Shown: piece after piece, positions 9,814-18,716 of the stretch
How positions within the stretch are numbered: position 1 is the stretch's first letter
How the letters are laid out: each line of letters begins with the position of its first letter
Source of the DNA: a virus
Taxonomy: Duplodnaviria > Heunggongvirae > Uroviricota > Caudoviricetes
Strand: one strand, 5' to 3'
DNA: 64,000 nucleotides
Virus record (IMG/VR): IMGVR_UViG_3300049049_000146
Location: 67,216-131,215 of that record
The notes under the pieces: generated by a model
Database searches by the model: none
Told to the model about the DNA's origin: nothing
What the model saw: the letters and a program-made list of their open reading frames with translations, nothing else
Program-made: the position numbers and the translations under genes

Positions 9814-10512
9814 CTACTTCGCCCAGCGCTTGAACATCTCCACGACGGACTTGGCCCCGGAACGCTTGAGCGTCCCCTTGACGCGATTGAGTTCCTTCTC
9901 GGCCAGGTCCGTCAGCGTATGCTGCATCAGCTTTACCCCGGCGATGAATTCCTCGACATCTTCCTTGTTCTCTGAGGCGAAATAGATGACGCCGCCATCC
10001 CTCTCTGCCCTAAGGCCCGGCCCCGGAACACTGAAATCACCAGCCCGATCGTAGAACGAATCAAGGCTCTCTTCCTTGAAGACACGAATCGGCTTCTCAG
10101 AATAGAGACCGGACAGGTTGACGCAGGTGCCCCAAAGCTTGTCCGCCTTGTCCTGCCTAGCCTTCCTGCCTTTCTTGTAGAGCTTCTCGGCTTCGTATTC
10201 CTTCCGCTCACGGGTTCCATTCTTGTAGTAGACGTCCACTACAAAGATGTCGTACAGCGGAGCGAACGAGTCGCTGCCCGTGAAGTAGTCCTCCATCTTG
10301 AGGAGAGACCACTCGTCGTAATACGTAGGCGTAGGGGTACCCTGGTCCTCACGCCACTTGTGACTCCAGCGATGTTCCAGGCTCCCGACGATCGACTCTG
10401 CCTTGGCGTTCGCCTCCTCCGGCGTGTCCGCTTCAATACACAGGCAGTGACCGTACGTGTCGGTAACGTTGAACCGGCCGTTGGGATTGTTCTGATCGTA
10501 CGTGAAGAACAT
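9814..10512 (-). CDS. hypothetical protein
   Basis: 232 aa ORF; convergent with the plus gene, stops 1 nt apart. Confidence 0.55.
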   Translation of the reverse strand: MFFTYDQNNPNGRFNVTDTYGHCLCIEADTPEEANAKAESIVGSLEHRWSHKWREDQGTPTPTYYDEWSLLKMEDYFTGSDSFAPLYDIFVVDVYYKNGTRERKEYEAEKLYKKGRKARQDKADKLWGTCVNLSGLYSEKPIRVFKEESLDSFYDRAGDFSVPGPGLRAERDGGVIYFASENKEDVEEFIAGVKLMQHTLTDLAEKELNRVKGTLKRSGAKSVVEMFKRWAK

Positions 10513-10515
10513 GAG

Positions 10516-11679
10516 TCAGGTCTTTCCGGGTACTCGAATTGCGGGGACGTACGCCGCGTCCTCGGGGCCCTTCTGGTGCGGCTTCACCCAGGTAGACTTC
10601 ACCGCAATCCATTCGTCGGGGCGCTTCGGAGCGATGTGGCGCTGGAAGAGTTTGCGCAGGTAATCGTCTTCGATGTCAAGCAGGAAGATTTGGTACCCAC
10701 GCTTGCGCAGCTTCTCCTCGACCTTCGGAGGAATCGGGAGCGGCCCCCGCTGCACCTTGACCCGCTCGTGACCGCGCACGTCGAAGCGGTACGTGTAGCG
10801 GAACGAGGGGCCCGCTGCGGCGTTTCTCTCCTGCTCTTCGAGCACCTTACTCGACATACGAAGCACGTAATACGGCTTCGGCAGGAAAGTCATTCGGGCT
10901 TGCTTCGCCTTCTTCTGAAGGTCGCGGCGCTGCCCCGGCGTGTACGTGACTTCCTTGATGAATGTGCGGTACTGCTCCAGTACGTGCGCGAAGATCTGCA
11001 CCATCCAGGGCACGAGCGAATAGCTCCGAATCCAGTTGCCCTTGGTGCGAATGATCTCGGGGATGAGGGACGAGGAGCCGTCAGCTTGCTCGTATTCAAC
11101 AAGCTCGATGACCGTGCCGTCGTCCTTCTGCGTAATCACGTAGCCACGAACGACAGCGGCTACGATATCGGTTCGGAAGAATTGGCGGTAGTGCTCCATG
11201 CGAACCATGAAGTCCGACGCCGAGATATGAACTCCCTGACCTAGCCCGATGTACACAGTCTCGAAGGGCCAACGCTGCGGGAATTCGACGTGCTTGCACT
11301 CCTTGAGAATCTTAGCCATGTAGGCTTCGGCTTCTTCCTTAGGAGGAGCTTCGCTTCCCGCGGGCCGGTAACGATATCCGGCCAGCACTTCCGTCGTGTA
11401 CATCTCAGCCTGCCGGTACGCGTACAGGTACACGTGCGGCTCAAACACGAACAGGCGAGCATTCCACAGCAACGAGAATACCTCGCGCGTGAATGCTCGC
11501 CGCTGCTCGTCAGTTGCTTCGGCAGCAACCCTGCTGCCGTCGTCGTAGTTCAGGACAGGCTGAACATCGTCCCGCAACAGCTTCTCTTGATTCATCGTGC
11601 GATGAAGAGAAGCCATCGTGTGGAAGTAGTATTCGAGACTCTCCTTGGACTGGTCTCGACCGTACGTGATATCAACCAT
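10516..11679 (-). CDS. hypothetical protein
   Basis: 387 aa ORF, balanced composition. Confidence 0.6.
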   Translation of the reverse strand: MVDITYGRDQSKESLEYYFHTMASLHRTMNQEKLLRDDVQPVLNYDDGSRVAAEATDEQRRAFTREVFSLLWNARLFVFEPHVYLYAYRQAEMYTTEVLAGYRYRPAGSEAPPKEEAEAYMAKILKECKHVEFPQRWPFETVYIGLGQGVHISASDFMVRMEHYRQFFRTDIVAAVVRGYVITQKDDGTVIELVEYEQADGSSSLIPEIIRTKGNWIRSYSLVPWMVQIFAHVLEQYRTFIKEVTYTPGQRRDLQKKAKQARMTFLPKPYYVLRMSSKVLEEQERNAAAGPSFRYTYRFDVRGHERVKVQRGPLPIPPKVEEKLRKRGYQIFLLDIEDDYLRKLFQRHIAPKRPDEWIAVKSTWVKPHQKGPEDAAYVPAIRVPGKT

Positions 11680-11911
11680 GGTGGTGCTGGTAGAAACGAG
11701 ACGAAAGACCCATGTCCTGCTTGCGGAGGCTCAGGTCTCCCTCGAACATCACGCAGAGTAGCTGCTGAATTAGCCACCCCTGGATGAACTGATCGAGGCA
11801 ACCATTCTTTTCTGCCTTGCGGGCCTGGCGGCGGGTCGCGTGGTTGACACTATGACGGGAGCGATACCATCCCATCATGAACGCATGCTGCTGAGCTTCA
11901 GTCGGAGGCAT
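11672..11911 (-). CDS. hypothetical protein
   Basis: 79 aa ORF. Confidence 0.4.
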   Translation of the reverse strand: MPPTEAQQHAFMMGWYRSRHSVNHATRRQARKAEKNGCLDQFIQGWLIQQLLCVMFEGDLSLRKQDMGLSSRFYQHHHG

Positions 11912-12279
11912 CAGAAGAATAGGTCCTTCCTCGCTTCGAGGCGCGTTCTCACCTTGTCCATCACCGGGAGCAATGCAGCCAAGCGCGGGTCGTTGATCTT
12001 CGCGAACATCTCAGTATTGAAGCGGTCTCGACTGAAAGGGATTCTCCCTAGAGTCGTCGCGAGGTAGAGGTCACGGGCCTCAGAGCGAAGCTGCTCAGCA
12101 AACCACAGCTGATTCTCGCGCTCCACTCTAAGGTCGTCAAACTCATCGAGCTTTTCCCACTCCGCTCGACGCGCCTCCCATTCCTCTTCAAGCCTAGTCT
12201 CAAGCTCGAACGCCGCCCGATAAACACGAGCGGCGTCCTGCATTGCGTCGTTATCGATAGGAGGCAAAGTGAAAGTCAC
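11911..12279 (-). CDS. hypothetical protein
   Basis: 122 aa ORF. Confidence 0.5.
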   Translation of the reverse strand: MTFTLPPIDNDAMQDAARVYRAAFELETRLEEEWEARRAEWEKLDEFDDLRVERENQLWFAEQLRSEARDLYLATTLGRIPFSRDRFNTEMFAKINDPRLAALLPVMDKVRTRLEARKDLFF

Positions 12280-12833
12280 TGCTTCGATTCCTGTTCAAGC
12301 GCCTCGTCGAGAAGCTTCCGCACGCGCTCGATTTCCGACTTCTTGTGCGGGGTACCGCCAGCGTTGATGTTGACGTACCACTGGAGGATATCGCTCCGCT
12401 TCTTCAACGAAGCAACCCGCACACGGAACGACGAGCGCACCATCCGAAGGTTGTCCGTGTACTCCCGGCAGTACGAATTGAATGCAGGGATCTCGTTGTT
12501 CATGAAGGCCAGCACCGCAGTGAGCCGCTGCTTGCCATCGACAATCACGAACTGCTCGCTCTTCGAGACACGGAAAGAACCCATCCAATTCGGATGATTG
12601 AAGTACAGGTTCCTTCCGCTCTCACCGCCGAGTAGCTGGTACTCCACGAACGCAATCTGCTGCGCCTTGGTCCAGACGTGACCGCGCTGGAAATCCGGAT
12701 CGAGATTCAGGCCGTCCTCAGAAATCCAGCGGCTGATGTGCTCAGGCAGGTACTTCCAGCCGACGTCGCACTCGTAGTTGGGTGAGGGAAATTGGGGGAT
12801 GTCCCCGAACTTCGTGTACTTGACGGTGCTCAT
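12276..12833 (-). CDS. DUF262 / ParB-like nuclease-domain protein
   Basis: 185 aa; DPDFQRGHVW motif characteristic of the DUF262 (GmrSD N-terminal, ParB/Srx-like) fold. Confidence 0.6.
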   Translation of the reverse strand: MSTVKYTKFGDIPQFPSPNYECDVGWKYLPEHISRWISEDGLNLDPDFQRGHVWTKAQQIAFVEYQLLGGESGRNLYFNHPNWMGSFRVSKSEQFVIVDGKQRLTAVLAFMNNEIPAFNSYCREYTDNLRMVRSSFRVRVASLKKRSDILQWYVNINAGGTPHKKSEIERVRKLLDEALEQESKQ

Positions 12834-13330
12834 CGCGAAAGCCGAATGTACCTGGGAAGCTCGGCCTGAAGCTCCAGGACCATCTTCTCGCAGTCGATCG
12901 TCTCCGCTGCCTTCTTATCGAAGGCCCACACGAAGATTCCGTAGACGTGCTCCTTCACTTCCTTGACACCGGGGAGCATTCGGAAAGGTTCACCATCCGA
13001 CAGACGCTCCGCCTGTAGCCGGGCCTTCCACAGGTAATCCCACAGGTCGTCCGCCTCACCATCGTATTCATCGTCAGGCGTGCCCATCTTCATGAGCCCG
13101 TAGAGGTCGTGCTTGCGGAACAACTCCCGGACGACGCGCTGGCCGTCACGGTAAAGCGGGCCGGGGTCGGTTGCCTCCAGGAGATTCGCGACCGTGCCGA
13201 ACTCGGGACGACCGAACGTCGCCGCCGTGGTGCGTAGGTGCTCGATGATCTTGGCCTGCTCATCTCGCGGAACGGAGCGCCACTCTTTGACGCACTCGTC
13301 CATCGAATAGTAGTACGGCTTATCGTCCAT
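12830..13330 (-). CDS. hypothetical protein
   Basis: Start placed at MDDKPYYY (ACGGAGA RBS); the track's GTG-extended N-terminus is a low-complexity basic frame. Confidence 0.5.
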   Translation of the reverse strand: MDDKPYYYSMDECVKEWRSVPRDEQAKIIEHLRTTAATFGRPEFGTVANLLEATDPGPLYRDGQRVVRELFRKHDLYGLMKMGTPDDEYDGEADDLWDYLWKARLQAERLSDGEPFRMLPGVKEVKEHVYGIFVWAFDKKAAETIDCEKMVLELQAELPRYIRLSR

Positions 13331-13609
13331 TGAAAATCTCCGTATCGTACTTGCCGTTCTTCGCGTCTTCAATCTTCTGTTCCCAGCGAGCCTTCTCAGC
13401 TTCGTCTTCTTCACGACGGAGCTTGAGATACTCCCGGATACCCTCGCCTAACTGGCGAATGATTTCGGGTCCGATTGCGACGAGAATTTCTTTCACGGCC
13501 AGTCGTGGGGATCGTGGTCTTCGAACTTGTGCGGCGTGCCCCTGACGAGAAGCACGCCCACAATTACCAATGTGATGACGAAGATTCCTAAGAGGTGCAT
13601 CCGATCATT

Positions 13610-14452
13610 TTACTCCGCCTTCGGGGCGAGAGCCACTACACGAGCGAATCGCTCAGCGTTGCGGTCGGCCGCTTCCTTCAGGAAGCCGAAGACGTCCGAG
13701 AGATCTTCCTTCTCGACCAGCGAGATCTGAATTCCCCTGCTGCATCCCTTCCGAGGGTGCAGCCACCAGAGAACCAATTCGACGTGAGCGGCAGGCGCCG
13801 TGTAGACGGAACCGTCCCCGTTGCACTCGGGGCAGAGGCCGTACACACCGAGCCGCTTGGCGCGGGTCTCGATGAGAATCCAACGATTGATTGCGTCGTG
13901 CGGACCGAAATGATGCTCGCTGGAATAGCGCATGATTCGGTTGACGTAGTTCACGTCAGCCGCAGTCGGACGGGGACTCGGCGGGTCCCACTTGTTCGTC
14001 TCGCGATTGTACCGAGCACCGAGCCGCCCTGCCTCGATCAGGGCGTCAACCTCGTCCTCGGTAATGGCGTCGCACCAACGACGTCCCTTACCATCGAAGT
14101 CGTAGAAGTCTTCGGAGATCTGGGCGGTCTCTCGATTGTAGCCGCGGCTACCTGACCCCGACCACTGCGAGCAGGTCGGGCACTCCTTGGAGTCGCGTCG
14201 AAGGGAGAAGTAGAAATTGACGCACTCGTTCAGGTCGTTGAGGCCGCCGTACGTGTTACGGAATTCCTTCCACGAGGCGATGAACGACGGGCTTTCCCAG
14301 CCGCGGTCCTTCCCTTTCGCCATGTAATCTTCGTTCGGCCCCCAATGAGGGTAGTCGGGATTCAGCTTGAGAAGCTCGGCCATCCACGGCTCGGCCTTGA
14401 GCTTCTCAAGATCCTTCATGTCACTCTCGTCCTCAGGGTAGCAGCGCATCAT
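13610..14452 (-). CDS. hypothetical protein (Cys motifs CPTC, CPEC)
   Basis: 280 aa ORF. Confidence 0.55.
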   Translation of the reverse strand: MMRCYPEDESDMKDLEKLKAEPWMAELLKLNPDYPHWGPNEDYMAKGKDRGWESPSFIASWKEFRNTYGGLNDLNECVNFYFSLRRDSKECPTCSQWSGSGSRGYNRETAQISEDFYDFDGKGRRWCDAITEDEVDALIEAGRLGARYNRETNKWDPPSPRPTAADVNYVNRIMRYSSEHHFGPHDAINRWILIETRAKRLGVYGLCPECNGDGSVYTAPAAHVELVLWWLHPRKGCSRGIQISLVEKEDLSDVFGFLKEAADRNAERFARVVALAPKAE

Positions 14453-14698
14453 TCATCCCTTTTCGATCGCGCCAGTGTCGAAGTTGACCCAGCCGTGAAA
14501 GACATACTTCCATCCCGCTCCCCTGGAGGTGTCGGGATAGTGCGGAGGCGCTTCCGCATAGGTGCATCCCTCGCCAACGTGCAGGTAGCAGATTTCACCT
14601 GCACCGGCCGAGTCGAGGGCAGCGTTCTGGTATGCGGCCCATCTCGTGTTAGGCCGCAATCGGGAGCGCATCGTCGCGAGCGTCTCGGCGTCGATCAT
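14453..14698 (-). CDS. hypothetical protein
   Basis: 81 aa ORF. Confidence 0.45.
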   Translation of the reverse strand: MIDAETLATMRSRLRPNTRWAAYQNAALDSAGAGEICYLHVGEGCTYAEAPPHYPDTSRGAGWKYVFHGWVNFDTGAIEKG

Positions 14699-14997
14699 CA
14701 GACGCTCGCTTCCTCACCCTCGCCCGGGTCCTCCTCTTCGTCGTCTTCCTCGTCGGACTCTTCGTCCGCCTCCTCTTGAAGGGAATCGATAGCTTCTTCA
14801 AGAGTGGCCATACTGGAGCCGATGTAGTCGTGGTCGCTGCTGAGCGCCATCACGATCTGAGCGTACCAGTATGCCTTGGCGCGGTCGTACTCGAACTTGT
14901 TGCCGCTGTGCCGGACGATCTCCAGAGCCTCGAATGCGAGGTCCTGCATTTCCGTCTTGATCTTCTTGAGGCGATCGATGTCTTCCTGGTCAACCAT
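14698..14997 (-). CDS. hypothetical protein with strongly acidic C-terminus
   Basis: 99 aa ORF. Confidence 0.5.
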   Translation of the reverse strand: MVDQEDIDRLKKIKTEMQDLAFEALEIVRHSGNKFEYDRAKAYWYAQIVMALSSDHDYIGSSMATLEEAIDSLQEEADEESDEEDDEEEDPGEGEEASV

Positions 14998-14999
14998 GT

Positions 15000-15386
15000 T
15001 CAGTTCTCCTCCAGCAACGGCTCACCGACGAGCGCACCATTCTTTTCGAGCAGACGAAGAATGTATCCACCAGTTGAAAGGCAGCGGTTCAATTCCTCAG
15101 GATCGAAGCCTCGGGGAAATACGACCTTCTGCATGTTCGCAACGAGACCAGTTGCAGCCGACGTACGGAACTTGCTCCACGCCTTTTCTACAGTATCGAC
15201 GGACCCGTGCTTGTAGATCGCGCCGGTTTCGCGGTCGAACAAGAAAGCGATCTGCTCCGCCATGAGAATGATCGTCTCACCATTCTCGTTGAGGAAGCTC
15301 TTGCGCGTCTCCTGGACGTAGTAGTATGAGCCGTACTCCACCTTATACCAGGAGCGCAGACCGTCCTTACGTCGTCGCTGTTCCAT
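15000..15386 (-). CDS. hypothetical protein
   Basis: 128 aa ORF. Confidence 0.5.
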   Translation of the reverse strand: MEQRRRKDGLRSWYKVEYGSYYYVQETRKSFLNENGETIILMAEQIAFLFDRETGAIYKHGSVDTVEKAWSKFRTSAATGLVANMQKVVFPRGFDPEELNRCLSTGGYILRLLEKNGALVGEPLLEEN

Positions 15387-15726
15387 GGTCTTCCATGAAT
15401 TCCTTGAGAGGAACTTCTCGAATCCAGATCTGGTATTCGCGGTCCAGGTACTTGTTGAAGTACGGGACGGCGTGCGAGGAATCGACCGGTGCTAGTCCGC
15501 CGTGCACCGCCTGAATCCGTGCGGCGTAGCGGTCACGAAGAATCCGGTGGGCGTCATCCCACGCCTCGGTCCGGTCTTCTCGGGCATGGAGTAGCCGATC
15601 GCCCTCGACTAGGATGTAGATCTTCCGGGACATTCCCTGCCTCCGCTCTTCGAGAATCTTCCGACCTCGCTCGCACCATCGACAGGCATTGCTATCGTGG
15701 CAGTTCACGCAGTTGAATTCACTCAC
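15367..15726 (-). CDS. hypothetical protein (N-terminal CxxC..CxxC)
   Basis: 119 aa ORF. Confidence 0.5.
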   Translation of the reverse strand: MSEFNCVNCHDSNACRWCERGRKILEERRQGMSRKIYILVEGDRLLHAREDRTEAWDDAHRILRDRYAARIQAVHGGLAPVDSSHAVPYFNKYLDREYQIWIREVPLKEFMEDHGTATT

Positions 15727-16016
15727 CGCGCCTTCGCCTTCTTGCGCTTCGCTCGCTCCTTGTCCTTCTGGGCGAGTGCTGCCTGACGCTTACCGACGGA
15801 CATTCCAAGCTCGACCTGCGCATTCACGAGCAGTTCGATTGCCTTGGAGATCATCGGCATCGCGACGCCAGGTCCCTTGATTCCCTCGCCGTCAGGCTCC
15901 AGCGCTAGAGCAGCGCCTTCGATAAGCTCCAGGGCCGACCGCCCACCAAAAGGACTACCGTCCTTCAGGTACTGGTGGGCGATCGATTCGTGGTCACTCG
16001 GCTTCCGCTTCCTCAT
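15723..16016 (-). CDS. hypothetical protein
   Basis: 97 aa ORF. Confidence 0.45.
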   Translation of the reverse strand: MRKRKPSDHESIAHQYLKDGSPFGGRSALELIEGAALALEPDGEGIKGPGVAMPMISKAIELLVNAQVELGMSVGKRQAALAQKDKERAKRKKAKAR

Positions 16017-16671
16017 CGTCCTCGTCCTTCTTCAGGAATCCGAACTTCTCCGCAGCCGCCCAGATTTCCTTCTGGCACCAACGCTCGTCGTTCGGGTAAT
16101 CGTCGATCTCGGTGAAGATCGCGCCGACCGCGTCCTCGTGAGCGTGGACCTTATCCCAATCCACGTCGTGACGGCGCTCGCCCCACTTCAGGACCTCGTT
16201 GATGGTTTCGAGCGCCTTGTCGACAGCGTACCGCCCAGCCAGTTCGTCGTCGGCGATCGGGTATTCCTGGAGCATGTCGCGCCAGAGAGTCATCCACTTC
16301 GCCACTCGGGTGATGTTTCCCTCGGCGTCGGTCACCTGGAACGTCAGGTGCTCGACCCAGCCGACACCCCAGTGACTCGCACGCTCCATCCGCCACGAAT
16401 CCGCCTCGATGATTCCGCGCTCCTCGGCGAGCTTCAGTTCACGGAGAAGAGCCTCGGCGTTCGCCTTGTCGTCGGGACCCGAATCGCGATTCACGATCGT
16501 CGGGCCCATCGACCACTGGTTGAACATCTCCTCGTTCCCGCCGAAGTACATGAAGGAATCCGGGCGCTTCAGCATCTTCCGGATGTCGCTGTCCTCGACG
16601 TCAACGTTGTTGACCTCGTCGAGCGAGAAGTAAGGCGTGCGACCGCTGGTGTCGATCTGCTCAATGTTCAT
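15994..16671 (-). CDS. hypothetical protein
   Basis: Start at MNIEQIDT with AAGGAGA RBS; the track's upstream extension runs across the conserved motif and is rejected. Confidence 0.55.
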   Translation of the reverse strand: MNIEQIDTSGRTPYFSLDEVNNVDVEDSDIRKMLKRPDSFMYFGGNEEMFNQWSMGPTIVNRDSGPDDKANAEALLRELKLAEERGIIEADSWRMERASHWGVGWVEHLTFQVTDAEGNITRVAKWMTLWRDMLQEYPIADDELAGRYAVDKALETINEVLKWGERRHDVDWDKVHAHEDAVGAIFTEIDDYPNDERWCQKEIWAAAEKFGFLKKDEDDEEAEAE

Positions 16672-16706
16672 GGCCGTCTCCTTCTGGTGGAACGCTCCAC
16701 CCTCTA

Positions 16707-16726
16707 TTAGTATCGACGGACTTTGG
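16707..16726 (-). promoter_or_regulatory. conserved intergenic motif copy 2 (CCAAAGTCCGTCGATACTAA)
   Basis: Begins immediately after the TAG stop at 16727; ~35 nt upstream of the ATG at 16671. Confidence 0.5.
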
Positions 16727-17119
16727 CTACTTAGAGTTCCCGATCGTGGAATGAAAGCATTCGGCACCATCAGGCGGGCGAGTCAGGTGATAGCTCGACG
16801 GTAAGCCCAAACCGAGGCGGACCTCGACGAGGAAGTCCGACCAGCAGTTGAACCACCAGTACACGCCATCATGAAATAGCCAAGGGTCGTAGGTGAATTC
16901 CACCAACGACCCCTGGTATTTGCCCCACTCATCTGTGCGCGGCTGCTCTCCACGTACCACCGTAATGTGCGGTGGATACTTCTGCGGTCGGCAGACGTAA
17001 TAGCGCGGAACGAGAGAGCGAAACAAACGATGAAGCTCGGGGTCCACGAGAACCACGAGCCTGTGGTATCCGTCCTTGACTGAATAGTCGAGGAGCCCTG
17101 AGCTTACTTCTTTGCCCAT
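16727..17119 (-). CDS. hypothetical protein with two HxTx motifs (possible 2H phosphoesterase, LigT/Acb1-like)
   Basis: Start at MGKEVSS; PHITVV and YHLTRP/FHSTIG motifs spaced ~65 aa apart. Confidence 0.4.
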   Translation of the reverse strand: MGKEVSSGLLDYSVKDGYHRLVVLVDPELHRLFRSLVPRYYVCRPQKYPPHITVVRGEQPRTDEWGKYQGSLVEFTYDPWLFHDGVYWWFNCWSDFLVEVRLGLGLPSSYHLTRPPDGAECFHSTIGNSK

Positions 17120-17343
17120 CCCCAGCGAGCCAAGAATTCCGCCTGCTGAGCGGGCGGTAGGGGCTTGCCCCATTCACTCTGAGGGATGGTCGCGTCAGGC
17201 TTTTGCACGATCACCGGAGTGGTGTCGCCCTGCCAGCCAAACAGCGGCGCGTTCTTCACGCAATTCGGAGAGGCAGCCAAATGCTTGGCGTGCTCCTCTG
17301 GGTTGCGCGCCTGCTTCTTACAGGCGGGGCACACCCATTCCAT
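17104..17343 (-). CDS. small zinc-ribbon protein
   Basis: 79 aa; WVCPACKK. Confidence 0.45.
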   Translation of the reverse strand: MEWVCPACKKQARNPEEHAKHLAASPNCVKNAPLFGWQGDTTPVIVQKPDATIPQSEWGKPLPPAQQAEFLARWGWAKK

Positions 17344-17486
17344 TACTTCTTCTCCTCAGCCGTGTCTTCCTTTTCCTTCGGAGGATTAGGGCACGGGTAG
17401 ACAAGCTCGCCCCACCCGCCAGGAACCTGGTCCGTGTGACCGCAGTTCCGGCAGACGACGTCATACGTCGATGCATCCATGGACGT
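17343..17486 (-). CDS. small zinc-ribbon protein (47 aa, MDASTYDVVCRNCGH...)
   Basis: Not in the track; TAATG overlap with the downstream start; coordinates approximate. Confidence 0.35.
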   Translation of the reverse strand, partial: TSMDASTYDVVCRNCGHTDQVPGGWGELVYPCPNPPKEKEDTAEEKK

Positions 17487-17515
17487 GCGTAGATTGTGCG
17501 AAGGGTGAGGACCGC

Positions 17516-17716
17516 TCACGAAGGCTCCAGGGTAATGATGTCTCGGTGGGGATAGGTGTACTTCGCGCCCGTCACTTCGTCGAGGAGGTCAGCGTACGCA
17601 TCACTCACGAACCAAAGGATGTAGCGCTCCAAACGACCTTGCTTGTTTTTACGGAACACCAGGCCGTCCTTATGGCCTTTTAAGCGTTCACGCAGTTCGT
17701 CGTCGCGTTCTCTCAT
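17516..17716 (-). CDS. hypothetical protein
   Basis: 66 aa ORF. Confidence 0.4.
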   Translation of the reverse strand: MRERDDELRERLKGHKDGLVFRKNKQGRLERYILWFVSDAYADLLDEVTGAKYTYPHRDIITLEPS

Positions 17717-18219
17717 CGGAGCATCCCCTTAGCGTGAAGGATTGCGTAGACTTCGTGGGCGATGGCGTACCCAAGATCGAAGAAGTTCGCGGCGGTCAGC
17801 GAATACGTGACCATTCTACGAGCCTGTGCCCGAGTTGTGAACTTCAAATTGTTCTGACGAACAGCGAGGTCTACGTAGCTGAGCGGCAAGGGCCGGCTAA
17901 AGAACTCGGACACCATGATCGAAATCGCGAGAGCGTCGATTTCATTTCCCTCTCGGGTCGACGGGCTGAGGAACGACAGCGTGGTCCCGATTGCCTCAGT
18001 ACGGGGCGTGTTCCACTGACGCGAATCGAGGGCTGCGTGGTGTCCGATCTCGTGGAGAAGTTCCTCGAATCGAACGCTCTCCTTCGTGCTGAACTTGTAC
18101 TCGCTCTTCGGCAGAAGACGGTCGTGTAGTTCCTTCAGACCGACGTTGAGTGTGGCCACAGGGAGCGGCTTACCGAATAGACGGCGCGCATCTTTAGCGG
18201 GAATCACCCATCGCTTCAC
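17713..18219 (-). CDS. HExxH motif protein (putative zinc metallopeptidase, ImmA/IrrE-like)
   Basis: 168 aa; LHEIGHH motif. Confidence 0.5.
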   Translation of the reverse strand: MKRWVIPAKDARRLFGKPLPVATLNVGLKELHDRLLPKSEYKFSTKESVRFEELLHEIGHHAALDSRQWNTPRTEAIGTTLSFLSPSTREGNEIDALAISIMVSEFFSRPLPLSYVDLAVRQNNLKFTTRAQARRMVTYSLTAANFFDLGYAIAHEVYAILHAKGMLR

Positions 18220-18596
18220 GACTTGTCCTTGAACTTCTCACCGATGCCTTCGCTATCCACCCAGATGCGGCCAGTCTGGCGAATGGCAATCAGCGTCAGG
18301 ATTCCGATGATTGAAAGCGTGACCCAATCCAGCGGGCCAAGCACGAACATCATCACCGGAATCATCCACGTCATGGCAGCGAGCGACTTCTGTCGCTCAA
18401 TTGCCATGCGCTTCCAGTCAGGCGGAATCTCCGTCCGAAGCTCGTCCATCTTCTCGCGGTACAAGCTCTTCATCATCTCGAAATCGGTCATTCGGAACTC
18501 CCCTGTATCCTCCCAGCGTTTGCTGGTAAGCCCATGCCCTGTACCCAAGCTCGATCGCCATTTCCGCGCCTTCACGAAACCACTCGGACGTTGCAT
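18216..18596 (-). CDS. small membrane protein (start uncertain)
   Basis: C-terminal transmembrane segment WMIPVMMFVLGPLDWVTLSIIGILTLIAI; an alternative overlapping frame, 18418..18747, also looks coding. Confidence 0.4.
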   Translation of the reverse strand: MQRPSGFVKARKWRSSLGTGHGLTSKRWEDTGEFRMTDFEMMKSLYREKMDELRTEIPPDWKRMAIERQKSLAAMTWMIPVMMFVLGPLDWVTLSIIGILTLIAIRQTGRIWVDSEGIGEKFKDKS

Positions 18597-18716
18597 ACGT
18601 CGCAGGGTCTCGCCTGGACAGGGTGTGCACCATCTGAGGGTGGCTCTTTCCGAAACGGCGAATGAGTTCAGTCGTGTAGTTGAATCCTCTCACGAAAGCA
18701 ATCATGTCGTTGGTGT

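Noticed and set aside
15994-16770. Track start codons that extend ORFs across the conserved motif (15994..16770, 27390..28154, 12830..13414, 26807..27211, 55698..56318)
   Set aside because: The extensions are low-complexity or would place the conserved intergenic motif inside coding sequence. In each case an internal ATG or GTG with a good RBS gives a compact gene, so I trimmed the starts.
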